DNA of 64,000 nt from Hyphochytrium catenoides. Its lineage: Eukaryota; Protista; Hyphochytriomycota. Every line of letters starts with the position of its first letter. Positions within the stretch are counted from its first letter, which is position 1. Below the pieces are notes generated by a model that saw only the letters and a program-made list of their open reading frames with translations, was not told the DNA's origin and ran no database searches. The position numbers and the translations under genes are program-made. Location: assembly GCA_900088475.1 (NCBI GenBank), contig FLMG01003780.1, positions 1 through 64,000 of the forward strand, given 5' to 3'. Shown one piece after another: positions 38,231-51,951 of this stretch.

Positions 38231-38746
38231 ATGAGTACCATGACGATATCCTCGTTAAATCCATACGCACCAGAGTTTGTGCCGACTGTTCATGCCCGCC
38301 GAGCCTGTGAGCCGGGACCTAATGGATTCATCCTCATGGAGACGAATGCCTCCTTACCCTACGTAAATGTTCCAGACGAGGAGCTTTTCGACCAGCATCT
38401 CTATCCTGTCACCGAGAGCGACTTGGAGGAGCTAATTGCAGCAGATGCGATGAACGAGTACCTCGCAGAGCTCGAGCTGATGGAGAGGGAAGAAGAGCTC
38501 CATTTTCTTCTCCATTCTAAAATCGATAGAAATGTCGTTCAGAAGCTGGTACAAGCAGCAGCTAACAGAAGAAACAACCATCAGCAGGCTGGCCGCAAAG
38601 TGCAGGGCCACAAGCATCAGCAGTCTGACGTCAATGCCGCCAAGCTGAAGGCCAAGGCCGACATGAAGAAGATGATGAAATCATCGAACAACTCGCCCCG
38701 CGCTTCTCAACGTCGCCACATTCAGCAGCCTTCCAACCATCGGTAA
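38231..38746 (+). CDS. PAM2-motif (PABP-interacting) protein, ERD15/CID-like; intronless
   Basis: N-terminal SSLNPYAPEFVP is a canonical PAM2; acidic middle; C-terminal HIQQP. Confidence 0.8.
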   Translation: MSTMTISSLNPYAPEFVPTVHARRACEPGPNGFILMETNASLPYVNVPDEELFDQHLYPVTESDLEELIAADAMNEYLAELELMEREEELHFLLHSKIDRNVVQKLVQAAANRRNNHQQAGRKVQGHKHQQSDVNAAKLKAKADMKKMMKSSNNSPRASQRRHIQQPSNHR

Positions 38747-39526
38747 GCCTGGTAGGGTGGCCGGTCACGGTTACAGCTCCTTTCAAGAAAGAAAAGAAAA
38801 ATATACGGGTAACGAAAGAGGCAGCCTTGAGCTGTCAATGCAAGAAGCAGACTTCCAGTTTCTGCCAAAGCCATTCCAAGCTGAAGAGCTGAACCCAGGT
38901 TAGGGTTAGTACTAGTTCTACTTGTTAGCTATCAAATAGGGCATATGGGAGAGCCGCTCTGTGTTGGCGTCTGTCATGCCCACGCTTATACCATAAAAAT
39001 GTAAGATAACGATGTAAAAGGAGGTGTAACTTTAACATATTGAACGTGCCTGAGTGTCACCTTGCCCTTTCTCTCTCTGTCTCTCTCTTCAGGACAGTCA
39101 TTGGGCGCAAGTCGTTAACACTTTCCTCGTTTCCTTCCCCTCCGATGCTGTCGTTGTCATTGACCCTAATCTCTTCCTTTTCCTTCGCCTTCTCATACTC
39201 TCGTTGTCGTCTCCTAGGGTATCTATAGCACCCTGCCCAGTCCCTTGATATGAGCCAGCTTCAGAACTAGGCAATCAAGGGAGAGGCGCTCCTGGCTGAT
39301 GCATTGATCATAAACGCCACAGTCTAGCGTCTGATATGATTGTGTTTAGAGCTAGAAACAGTGCCTTTGCTGCAAGCTGACGCTTCAGAAGAAAAAGCCA
39401 CTAACACATCATAAGAAAGAATAAAGAACGAGAGACAGGTAAACTGCGCTGTTGGAAAAAGATCTTGACTACAAAGATGGGAAAGCAAAAGCTACCAGGA
39501 AAGAGGTCCGATAAAGCTTGAGCTAT

Positions 39527-39961
39527 TTAGCCATGTGACTGAGGGCCATGAAAAACAGCCTCAATGTTGTTGCCATCCAGATCGTAGACAAACGCTCCAT
39601 AATAATTTGGATGATAGTGAGCCCTGATGCCAGGCTTTCCGTTATCCCTGCCGCCAGCTTTGATGGCAGCTTCATAGAATTGATCCACCTCTTCCTGGCT
39701 CTTTGCTCGGAAGGCTACATGCACATTGGTATTCGCATGAAGAGCCGAGTCGCTCTTGGAAGATGTTGCCTCTTTCCCCTCTTTCAACCAAGATATCCAG
39801 AAGTCTGGAGAGCCTGGGACACCAAAGCCAGCAACCAGGTGTTCCCCATCTTTCACTTTCATGTCATAAATAAGCTCATATCCAAGAGGAGCCAGGGCCG
39901 TCAGGTAGAATGCCTTACTCTTCTCATAATCAGCCACGCTAAAGCCAATGTGGTCCAACAT
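39527..39961 (-). CDS. VOC family (glyoxalase/bleomycin resistance/dioxygenase) protein; intronless
   Basis: MLDHIGFSVADYEKSKAFY..LAPLG; HVAFRA; GGRDNGKPGIRAHYHPNYYGAFVYDLDGNNIEAV. Confidence 0.95.
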   Translation of the reverse strand: MLDHIGFSVADYEKSKAFYLTALAPLGYELIYDMKVKDGEHLVAGFGVPGSPDFWISWLKEGKEATSSKSDSALHANTNVHVAFRAKSQEEVDQFYEAAIKAGGRDNGKPGIRAHYHPNYYGAFVYDLDGNNIEAVFHGPQSHG

Positions 39962-42003
39962 GTTGCTTGGCTGATGGTAACCGGGAAGGGTAATGTACGT
40001 TGAGGGGTGTTGGTTATGTATATCCTTGAAGTTGGAGTATCACTTGCGCCGTAGCTTGGAAGTTGGAGAGTGATGAGGAGAAAACAAAACTAGTGAGAAG
40101 GTGGTGGCAGCTCAAAAAAGACCCTTTTAAGATACTGATACCTCTACCTAGAAAGAACTAGAGGGCAGTGGGCTGAAGAAGAAGGTAGATAGACGAGTGA
40201 ACGACAGGATCAGAGGAAGAGGCGGGAGCTTGCAGCTTCGTGAAAAGGCGCCAAGATACCGCTGCTACTAGGAAAAAGACGGCGCATCATCAGTAGCAAG
40301 AGACAAGAGAACCTAAAGCACCTGATGATGGGACCTTCACTCGTTGATGTTGGCAAAGGATTCTGATCGCAAGGAAGGATAGCGCCACCTTCCAATAAAT
40401 GTGACGAGTGCATCTTCAGCCTATTGCTATTAACTATGGAATACCCCACCCTCCTTGACATTCGTTTATTGTACGGCCCTTTCACGAGGATAATAACTCC
40501 TCCATGATAGAGCGGGAAAGAAGAAGGAAGACCTACCGCCAACAGAGCTCATAACCAAGAAGAGGCAATCCTAGGCAGCAGCGCTCTTCTGTCTCCCCTT
40601 CTGCCTCCCTCTTCGTTCCCTTATGATCATCCCAACCTTCTTTATTCATACTTTCCCTCTGCTGTTAGCTTTCATCTGTGTCGCTATCGTCCTCTCGGTG
40701 TCTCTTGTTGTCAGATTCTTCTCCCCCGCAGTGCAGAAGCGGCAACAGCAAATAAGAAATAATCTTTTCCTCCGTCATCATCATCGCCATTATTGCATCA
40801 TTATCAATATGAGGCTAAAGGAGAGAAGGCGCCTGTCGACGACACCTTAGCAGCAGGAAACTTAGCTTGTCGCTTCGGTACTACGAGCAGCCTACCACTA
40901 CTGCTGCGTGCCTGTCCTACTTCCCCGCACGACTAATAACCATCTAACTACTTTGGTGCTCTTTTTTCTTTGGGCCCATTATTATCGTTCCATCTCTTCT
41001 TGCATCCCTCGTTGCCTCTCCTCGCGCCACTAGTCGACGACAGGACAGCTTCTACAACAATGTGATCCAGCTGCCTGCTCCCTATTCCTGCAGGAACAGG
41101 GTGAATGTTAAAGGTCTCTCAGTTGACAAAGACGATAACTGACAAACTAGTATTACGTCTTAGTATCAACAAGAGGGCGGATGCTATATTAGCAGAACTT
41201 TATTATAAGAGGATGGATCTGCTGGGCATGGAAGAAGGGCATGCATAGCTGCAGGTAATGATGAGATAAAACCCCGCTCTTCTTAAATAGAAAGTAATCT
41301 CACTCACCGCCGCCGCTGCGACGCAGGCTCCACTGCTCTTTCTTCTGCTGACTGTTGTGAGGACGAAAATTGTTGATCAATACTTAATTTATGATGCTGA
41401 AAACTTGAGGAGGACGGCTTTGTCGATACAGCCGCTCGCGAAGGCCGAGATCTGCCAATGATGAACGGAGACGGACTAATAGCAATGACAATGATTGGTG
41501 ATTGCTTGTGGCATGACCGATGATGATAGACAGATCATATTGAAGAATTACTGGAGGATCGCATCGCAGTGAGATCATCATGATTTCCCCCCAAGTCCTG
41601 GACTAGTAGCCGGTAACCTCTATACGGCATGTTCCTTTGACCGTTAGCCGCTTCATCTTCCCGCAGCTTGCTCCCTTCCACTTTGGTCAGCTCCTTCTCA
41701 TCTTCACCTTCTGAAGGCAATAGCAGCGGTGGTGCAACACCTAGCAGGTAACAGCAGCATCGATTGCGTCTCTCTCCCGCATTCTCTCTGTCTTTCTCCT
41801 CGCTCATCTTCATCTCAACCTCCATCTTCATCATCTGGAACTCAGACGCTTGCCAGCGCTACGGCTGTGTGGGCTAGCAGAGCTTCCTGCCATGAAGCGC
41901 AGCGATAATGGAGTCAGATAGCGTAGCAGCCTTGACAGCGAATCGCAAGGGGTACAAACTGCTCCACTTGCAAGCGGAGCTCTAGAGCTCAGACTGGAAG
42001 AGC

Positions 42004-45000
42004 ATGGCGTCAGTGCGAGAAGTACAGTCGGTGGATGCCATTCTGGCGCAGGAGGATGACGATGACGGCATCGACTATAGTAAAGACATCAATCTTGAGG
42101 ATATTCTCCGGGAGGAGCCAGACGAAGAGGATCAGACGTAAGAGAGATGATTTCTCGGATACCCAGGCCGCTGTACTGACTATTAGCACCTCCTTCCCGT
42201 ATTCCCGCGCACTTCAGCCTTCTCAAGCTCAGTAGCATCAAGCTCGGGCTCCTGACCGAAAGCCCCGAGGTTCCCGTTGGCGGAGAGGTAACCTGCTCCC
42301 TCTATTGTCTAGGGTGCGTGGCAGGCACTTATCGTAGTTTCACGCTCAGCGGAGTAAGAGCAACCTCGTGATTCAGAGATTGCAAAGAATCGTGCAAGAG
42401 GAAGAGGGTCGGAAGGATGATCCCAAGAGCTCAGCAGACTCGGAGCTGGACATACAGCTCTTTTATCAACAGCCCACACTACCTGGCAAGGGGAGAAGCT
42501 CCCCTCGCAGCCGCTCAGGAAGGGGCTTGGGCTCGCCCAAGGCAGAGAAAGAGACTCGAAGCCCCTTAGAGCTAGCGGAGGTAGCCTCAGTCAACTACGC
42601 TGCTCAGCTCCTTTCTCCACCTTTTCTACCGCATTTACCCGATAGGAAGTTGCGATCTTAAATGACCCTCACTCTTCCCCTATGAGTAGCGCCTTGGCGT
42701 AGCTCTTTCAGAGCTCGACCCCCCGTCGGCAGTGCTTTCTTGCGTTTATTTGTGCATTGCTAACCCTCTTTCACTTTGTCGGTGTTGGCAAATATCTACT
42801 GACTCGATCACCATGTTATTCTTGCTGTCTGACTTCATAGGAGCGTGAACAGCGCCTGCTTTCTGTCGGAAATACCGAGATGTTCATGCCCCTGGGAGTC
42901 AAGCGGAGACTTAGATCTAAGCCCAGAAGACGCACACGGTCTCTGGCACAGCCTACCAAAGAGGAGGAGAGGCATCACCGAGAGAAGTACGGAACATGGT
43001 CCATTTCGCCCCTCGTTGACTTTTGCTTAGTTAGCCCTCTACACTTTCGCTTCCAGTGGTCACTGCCAACTCAGCATGACTACGACACCTCCAGCGTTAC
43101 CTGAAGCTACTCATCATAATAGCTCTCTTGCTGTTCTTTTGGTCATCAAACAGTCGTTAAAGTCGCTCCTGTATACTCCATGACGTTAGGGCTGTGCTAT
43201 TTATTTCGTCACTCTGCGTCCGCCCCCCCGTTTGCTTTGTCCCTCATCCCTCCCACTCTGTCTTTCTCAGCGAACCTTCCTCCCAAGAGAACGCTGTGGC
43301 TGGCGCCCTTCGCATCGAAGATTTGGAGCGCATTGGGCTGCAGCTACAGAAGAACGCAAACTTTAAGGATAAAGGCCCAGGCACACCCACTGCAATCTCC
43401 ATCCATTCAAAGTTTATCGCCATAGGAACCTCAGGCGGGTATATCCTGCTCTTTGATCACTTCCAGAATGTAAGAAGGATCTCCCATCCAAATACACGGT
43501 CAAAACTTTTGCGGTCTCTTCTCCCGCACTACTCCCGTTCCTCTTACTCACGCATTATCTTCTAGGGCCTCTGTACTGACGGGGCTCCCAATGACATCTG
43601 TCTCTTTGTGCTGTCCCTGGAGTCCCTTCTTTGGCTGTCATAGCTTCTTGCTCCACCTCCTTAGACCTCCTTTGTAACATGGAGTAATCATGCTTCTCCT
43701 TTGATTAGGTCCGCCAAGTGCTGGGCAATGCCTCCGACGCTCAAAGCGATGGCGCTGTTACTGCGCTAGATGCCTCAGGAGGCAATGACTATCTTGTTTC
43801 TGGGTATCACTCGGGGCGAGTGGTGCTTTGGGACATGATCCGGGGAACAGCACTGAAAGCTATCACAGAGGCTCACAGTGCGCCGATTGTCTTTGTGAAG
43901 TTCTGGAGAGAGAAGAGTCCAGCGGTACTCGCAGTGGATAACAAAGGAATAGTGAACAAGCTATCTTTCTCCCTGGTGATGTTTATATGGAATACTTCTA
44001 CCGAGACGATACTGGATGGCGCCGGGGTGATTCCTGCGCTGTCTATACTTCCCCCTGCCCGGGTGTCTGGTAGAGGGGAGAAGGGCCATCCCTTGGAGCA
44101 GTATTCTCTCGCTGCTCTCAGTAGCGAGAAGAGCACCTTTGTATTTGCGATAGAACCAGAAGTGAAGGTGGTCTATAAATGGGGAAAGCCAGGTGCGTGA
44201 ACAGATTGGACCTCGCCTTAGTTGCGCTCTCGCACTACGTTCATCGCTCTTCTTGTCCTCTAGCTTTTCAGCTTTTTGTCCTCAGCGTCTCTGCAATCCA
44301 GCCCATCGCCCGATTGTCTTAGTCTTTATATTTGTGGGCTGTTGGCTCATCAACGACTGGGTCCCCGCTATGACTTCTCTGGTCAGGCGTTCTTTCCCTA
44401 GCTCATACACACATTTAACGTTTCCCCTTTTTGCTTATGAAGAGAAAGTCCGCGCTCGTGATGGAATGCTGCCGGTGCTAGATTTTAATTGGGCTGCGGT
44501 TGGCGGAGACGCTAACCAAGCTGATGCGGTGCTGGCACGCGGCTGGGGCAAATATGTGCAGCTGTTACACGTGAGCTGCTGCTATATCTTCTCTCTCTGA
44601 TCCGCCTTGTTTTCCGTATGACACCCGTAGTTCTCGTAATTGTTGAAGATCTTAGTGGTGCCAAAAAAACAGCGTTACTGAGCGTTTTCGCTCTTGCCAA
44701 TCTGACTCTCCGCCATGCCGATTCTTTGTTATTGCGCACTCTGTCCAGGTTGTCCTTCCAGGAGGTGCTCAGCATAGTCACTCGGAGCACGGTTGGCCCC
44801 ACTTTCGGGTAGGCGGAGAGCTAGAATGCTCGTCGGAGGTAGTAGCCATTCAGTGGCTAAATGATCAGGTGTGACCGCTTTCTCAGTCTCCTCTGTCGCT
44901 GGTTAGCGTACCTACTGCGATAGGAATACACTTTTAGGACCAACCTTACCTGTCGTCGAACCCTTCTCCCATATCATCGCAGATCCATAGCTTGCATGGG

Positions 45001-48000
45001 GCTTGTGGGGCAATAATGATTCTCTCGTCGCTGCTGCCACCTCTACTCATCGCCATGCCTCTCTTTCTACACGAAATATAGGTTCTAGTATATCTCAACG
45101 CTCAGGATGAGCTCTGCGTGTATGACACTGTTGCACACGAGGAGCTGGAGATTGTCTCCGTCTCCTCACTGGCACTAGTGCGGACGCCTTTCGTCTCTAA
45201 AGTTCAGGCGGCGGCAAACAGGAAATGGTATCCACAGACGTTCAAAGTATGCGATGCAGCGCTTTATCTTTTGGGGCTCAAACAGCTGAAGGTGCGGCGG
45301 ATCCTTCTTGTTTCTCTCCCATCGTCCGTCTCTCTCCTCTATTGTCTGTGGCTTGGCACGGGCCATCTCCCCCTCTCATTGTCTACTCAATAATGCTTGC
45401 TCCTCAAGCTCTTTTGACTCTTCGACCTCACTCTCTTGAGGTCATGTCGGTAACATCTCATAACCCTCGCATTCTTGAGCATGACATACCTAAACCTAAT
45501 GTGCTCCGCTTTTTAACGCTTTGCCCTGTGGCACTGTTCCTTGTAGGTGGCAAAGGCCCAGTCCTGGCAGCAGCGAGTAGAGTCACTAGTTGAGGACGGA
45601 CAGTGGCTGGAGGCGCTAGCTCTTGCGCTAGATCACTTCGAGAGCGTCAGACAAATTGCCATGGAAAGGGCGCTCGAAAACCGGCGACGGGCCGTAAATG
45701 TGCGCTGGCCAGTGTCCAATGACCAGACCACCGTGGACCTAACCAAGATGGAAGCAACTAACGTACGCACTAATGAGCGCGCCGATGTGCTAAGACAGGA
45801 AGGGGCGGGAGCGGTCCGATGGTTTATCGGGGACCAACCCTTCGCCTCCGAGTGGACACAGAAGTTAGAGGCAGCATTCCAGAGCGTCAGAACTGGGAAT
45901 GTGACGCCTACCATTCCCATAGGTATGTCGCTGGCATTCCAAGGGAGGGTTGATAGGGGCGAGCATAACCTCTGGGGATTACTGGTCCAACTAAAAGGGC
46001 TGGAGGGCTGGAGAGGCACGATAGGGCCAGCTTGCTGGATAGCTCGACGCGGCTGGGTAAAGAGGCAGAAGCTTTATCTCTTAGCTATCCACCAGCGCTC
46101 TCTCACCTTCTCGTTTCTGATATCTTTGCCGCTTCTCCTTCCCATCTAGGGCTCTCGGAGAGGGTGGCGGATTTATTGATGGATTATATCAAGCTTGCAC
46201 TGGCTGCAAGGGGAAGCTCCGGTCTCTCTCTCTCTTCGTCGCACTACCGCCTTCTCGCAGCTGTTTGCACGGAGTATTGTGTCACCATCGATCGAACTGA
46301 CCTGCTGTTCAGAGACATCTTCCAGAGGTTTCAGGATGCAGGGCAGGCTGCCATGCTGGTTGAGGTGCTGGAGCCCTACATATTGAATGATAGAGTCAAG
46401 GTCCTAACTCCGGAAGTGATGCAACTGTTCGCCAGTCATTATATGCAGAAGAGCATGCTCGCCCAGGTAAAAGTTGTATTCCTTCGCGAATGCGATACTC
46501 TACGCTGTTCTCCACGTGCTCGTTTTCCCTCCACAAGCTTTGAGTTTACCTAGATCATAGTACATGGTGTTTTTGTCCCTTCTAGATCTGCCTCGATTGT
46601 AGCTTCAATCTCTATTATAATTTGCTCTGTGTGCCATCTTCTCTCTCTGTCAGAATATCCGTTCGCGATGCTTTGATTGAACCGCTTCCTGGGACTAACA
46701 TTCAGCTATCTCTTACTATTCGGTTCCTCCAGGTTGAGCAGTGTCTTCTGCACATGAACGTGAAAGGTTTGGACTTTGACTCTGTGGTGCGGCTCTGCCA
46801 GTCCAACAACCTCTTCTCGGCCCTAATCCACGTCTACAACCACGGGCTCAATGACTATATCACTCCGCTGAAGGCGTTGCTCTACGCAAGCAAGCCAAAA
46901 AGAGAGGGAGAGAGTGAAGAAGAGCGAGCTAGAAAGGAGTTATGGGGTTACAAGCTCCTGCTGTACGTCAAGTATTGCCTAGAAGGGAAAGTCTTCCCTC
47001 ATCCACAAGAATCTTTGCCAGGGGAGAAGGCAGCGGTAGTCAGGGCCGCCGTGGCACACTTCGTCTTTGCTAGGAGAGATCCTAAAGATTTGAACAATGA
47101 GGTGCGAAGGATTGTCACAGGGACGAGACGACCTGTGCCTATGTTTGCCATCTGATCTGCTGCTCGTCGTCCTCTCTATTCTGCTCAACTATGCCCATTG
47201 ACTGTGTCTCTCTCCGATGCATCTCCCTCTGAACTATCGTTTCGCCTCTTTCTCGCGGGCATGGTTATACTCTCTCTCTCACTCCCCCCCCCACACACAC
47301 ACACACACACTCCCCCTGGAAGCTAGGTCGCGTTTTACTCTGGCCACAACTTTCACCTTGAAAAGCTGACTCTCTCGAAACACTGATCATTGTAATCGCT
47401 GTTGCATGTTAACAGGACTTTGGTCGTCTGCGGCAGCTGCTGTTGCTGGACACCACAGAGATGCTGAAAATCATACAGCGTCTCTTTGAAAGCCAGGAAG
47501 TCGTCTTCGACCCAGACATCCATCTCTCAGAGTCGCCAGGAAGGAAGGAAGACAGAGCCAGCTTTGGAAGGCAAAGCTCTGTCTTGAGGATTCCTGCGAA
47601 CCAGCGGTGCCCCTCGCGGATGTCTATCATGCTCGCTTTAGCCGAGGTTGACCTGGAGACTCCCTCTTTGTTTCTTTTTTGTTTCTATCCGTCTTGTTTC
47701 TCTCTAAAAAGAGTGTCTGACCCTCTCTTTCTCTGCTCTACACGTGTCCCTCAGGTTATCTTGGGTCCTCCTGGGTCAGATCCGTCTCGCAGCCCATTCC
47801 ATGTCCGCGCTCTGGGCAGCTTTTATATGTTCGAGGCTAAGGCGCTAAGCTCTGCAACCATTAACCCAAGGGTAAGACCTAAGAGCCTCTTCATCTCCGT
47901 CTAACGTTGGCTCTTCCCTACTACTCCTGAGCAGATCGTCACCATTCTTGGCTGCGTCTGCCCACTCTATCATGCCAGACTGTCAGATTTAAAGTAACAC

Positions 48001-51000
48001 CGCAAACTTCTTCTCTCTCTTCCGCGGCGGACACAGGATTACGCTGAAATGCGCACCCTGAAGGGCCGCGGCGATCGGGCCAGCACTTCAATGATGGATT
48101 CGCTCATGAGGTTTCTGGCCTTGGGCACAGTCTCCACAACTGACAAGAGCTCTCCTCGTCGCTCCGTGCACGATCTCTCTCCCTTTCCTCCACGCTCTCG
48201 CACTGGTTCGTCCCCTCAGGATGACTGGGGTTTGGACAAGGCAGCGAGACAGGCGATGCTAGTTCGACTCATCCAGAAGATTCCTCCCGACTCTTATGAT
48301 GCCAACACGCTGCTAAGACTCGTGGAAGAGGTGATTACGCAAGCAGCCGTTGCCTCATGCTGCTCCCCTTAGTCAACTCTTCCTTGCTTCTCGCTCACTG
48401 CGTCTCTGTCTGCCTCTTCCGCGCTTGACTTCCCGTCGGTGGTACTCTATCTCTCTCTTTATCTGTCTTTGTCTCTCCTCACCTCTCTAATCTACAGGAG
48501 AAGATGAATCGTGCGTCGATGCTACTGTTCCGGAACAAGCGTGACATCTCAGGCGTTATCCGGAACATTCTCGCCGACTCCGACCCTTCCTATGCGAAGC
48601 AAGTGTTCCAGTTCATCACCTCAGAGGCAGAGAAGACCGCCCTTGCCAGAGAGGAGCAGGGAGGGAAGAGCCAGGCATGGAGGTCAAAGCATCAGGAGGA
48701 CCTTGAGACTAGCGTGCTTGCACATGTATGGCACCTTGCTAACTTTGTATTGTCCTATCGATATTGCTTCTCTGNNNNNNNNNNNNNNNNNNNNNNNNNN
48801 NNNNNNNNNNNNNNNNNNNNTCCTTCAAGGTCTTCTCTTCGCCTTAGGGTGGTCAGCCCTCAAAACTCATATTTTTCTCTAAAGGGCGGTCTTCCTCTCC
48901 TTTGATGGTTTGTTACGCTTTCTTTGTTCCTCACACCTCGGTATTATCACGTCTTGTCGGACAGGTGCACACATTGGTAGAGACGGACGCATGGGCGACG
49001 GTCATGCTCATAATTGGACATTTTCCTTCCCTGTCTGAGTCTGTCCTCAGGCGTCTTCGCGCCCTTGGAGAGAGAGGAGATCAGCTCGAGTTCCAGTACC
49101 TGAAGCACATCATCACCGCCTGCAACCCTCCCGAGAGTCTGGACGACCAACAGCAGGAGTACGATGTTCTCAAGGAAGCGCTGGATAGGGCAAGGATCAG
49201 ACCTACGGTCAGTCCTCTTCTCTCGTCCCTCTCGCTCCTTTCTATCCCGTCCACATTGCTGCCTCGTCCTCAGAATCTCTCTTCATTCGTCAGAACTTAT
49301 CTTACGCTGCCCTCTTCTTCCCCTAATGGAGCCTTCTTGGCCATACGGGCTAGCTTATTCTCCTCCTTGCTCTTCGATATTCTTGCTAGTGCTCTAAAAG
49401 GGTCTCTTTTTGGCTGCTTTGGCACTAACGTGGTTTCTGCGCTCTCCTTCTTTTGACTCCAAATCCTGCTGGCCCACTTTGTTCTTAGGATGATCCGAAG
49501 ATGCAAGAACGTTATATCTCTCTGTTGTGCCGCTTCGAGCCTGACAATGTGTTTAAATATCTCGCCAACAACGATAATTATCCCATCAAAGACTGCCTGC
49601 GGTAAGTGACCGCTCCTCTCTCTCTTTCTCTCTCATTCTCTCTCTCTCTCCCTCCCTCCCTTCGTCTTGAGACTCTCGTTGTTTCTCTCCACTCGGTACT
49701 GATTTTTTCAAGCATTCATCATTACCCACTTAATGGATGTTTTCGATCGTCGTCTGTAGCCTTTGCCAGCAGTACAAGATCACCGAGGCATCTTCTTATC
49801 TATTGGAAAGAATGGGAGACGTACGAGGCGCGCTGCAGCTGATGCTTCAAGATGTGCTTTCGCGACTATCGAAGCTTCTCTCTCTTCTCACGCGGACAGA
49901 CGTCTCGAGAGCGGTCATATTGGCTCAGGGCGCCCAGAGCAAGACACTTACTCAGCAGCAGCACCAAATCCTTGGGGAGCTCTACAAGGAAGGAAAGGGC
50001 CTAACAAGCATTCTGAGCAGCACGCTCTCTCTGTGTGAGAGAAACTCCAAGAGAAGCGAGGACAGCAGCAGCGAGCAGCTCTGGTTCAAAGTACTGGATA
50101 TCTTCCTTCAGGCGCAGATCGACCTCAAGAGAAGGTTACAGAGCAAACAGAGCAAGGGTGAAGATATTCGAGGCCAGAGCACTTATGGACTGACGGCTAA
50201 AGATACGGTGAGGTTGCACAGCGAAAGTGAGACAGCGAGAGCGAGTGAGAGAGAGAGAGAGAGAGAGAGAATGGCAGTGACGGTGGATCACTTGTTGCAC
50301 CGTCCGGCGATCCGTTTATTGCTGGGCGCCATTATTCAGAGGAGTTAGTTGTTAACTCTTGCCCTTCCTTTGTTTGTCTAGCGTTTGACCTTTATTCTAG
50401 TCTCCTGTCCCTTGACTACCACGGTGTGGGTCTCTTTCTCATACCTCAAGGACTCCCTTTGGCACACTCTCTGACTGTGTTCGATATATTTACGCCAGGG
50501 CAAGACCAAGGCTGGCGGTAGCGTCGTATCTCAGGCGCTGACAGACTACATTCGGATCATCCTTGAGCGTATGGCAGCGCACATCCCTCTGAAGTCCATC
50601 CTGTATAAGATCACGAGCGAACATGCCAAGGACGAGTACGGCGAGTTCCGCAGTACTATCGCTGGCATGCTAGAGACGTACATCTATGAGCAGAATATCT
50701 TCAAGACGGCCAATTCTCTCCTCTCTGCTGACACACATGATGCTGTGAAGTCTCTGTACAGAGCCATTAATAAGTCTCTAGCGCCTCCCTCTTCTCGGTG
50801 CAACTTCTGCGGTGGCTATCTGCAGCAGCCTCCTGTGGGAATAGGAGCTCTCGGCGGAGTAGGAGGTCTAAAGATCACGATGGTGATGGTTGTGGTCTCA
50901 GGAGCAGGGATGATGTTCCACGAGAGCTGTGCGCGACTATATAAGAGTGAGAGCAAAGAAGGCGGAGCCGCAACGGTCGCAGCTTCACTGGAGAAGGAGG

Positions 51001-51951
51001 AGAGCAAGGTAAGAGGTAGAGCGGGAGCGCTGAAAGGCATAGATAGGAAAAATCTCGGGGCAGGTCTTCAGATGGAAAGGACTCGAGCGCGAGCTCCATA
51101 GACGGAGACCACCACCTGATAGAGAAGGGAAAGGGTGCCACAGTGAGGAGAGTGAGACAGAAAGTAGTTGAAGACGGCCAGAGAAAGGAGAAAATTTGGG
51201 CTCGTCAGAGTCTCTGCCGTGTTGTCGTAGTCTTCTTACCCCAAGCTCACAAACAACAACCTGCAGAAGGAGCCAGAGGAAAACAGCGGGAGAGGAAAGA
51301 AGAAGGATCGAGGAGGCTTCGATGATGCGACGACGGCTAAGTACGTCAAGAGGCTACAGAAGGCTCAAGAGAAGCAGAAGAGCACTGCAGTGCCTCTGGT
51401 GCGTCGGGCTCCTGTTTGATTTTTCTTTGCTGTCTTCTCTCTCCGCTCTCCTGCGCTTCGAACAGTCACAACCCTAAGGTTACTAAATACTTTCTCTCAT
51501 GCTCGTCTAGAATGAGATTATGGCAGAATTGAAGCGAAAGGCCGAGGGCTCCTCCCCTGGTCACCCTCAGCTCTTGGTCCGCGCTAAGGTTTCCAAGCCA
51601 AAGACAGCGCCTGGCCAGAACATCTGGGAGGAGCGTCTGGACAGCCTCGGACAGCACACTCCGGCTGTGGAACGATTGGGAAAACGCCAGCCTGGGGCAC
51701 TGGACCCAACGCCACGTAATTTTGGCGGACTGCCTGGTGCCAGACCTCGGGCCTCGCCGCCGAAACCTCCTCCATCTTCGTCTCTACCTTCAGGTTCTGG
51801 AGGAATGTCACCACCTGCAGGTTCAGCAGGACCTGGGCTAGCTGGGTATCCTACCCAGCGACAGCCGTCTCGCTCTAACTTAGTCACAGCATCCTCGGTT
51901 AGGATGCCACGGACAAGCGCAAGTTCAGATTCTAGCCGAGGTCCGCGATAG
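42004..51951 (+). CDS. VPS8: Vacuolar protein sorting 8 (CORVET subunit): WD40, clathrin-like helical repeats, C-terminal RING-like; many exons
   Basis: GTPTAISIHSKFIAIGTSGGYILLFD; VLARGWG; SWQQRVESLVEDGQWLEALALALDH; VLEPYILND; VEQCLLHM..LDFD; GYKLLLY; YLLERMGDV; EQLWFKVLD; EYGEFR; CNFC..FHESC. First exon MASVREVQSV at 42004 is tentative; N gap at 48775-48820 lies in an intron. Confidence 0.92.

Noticed and set aside
38896-38912. ggttagggttag telomere-like motif
   Set aside because: Fewer than two full units; compatible with chance
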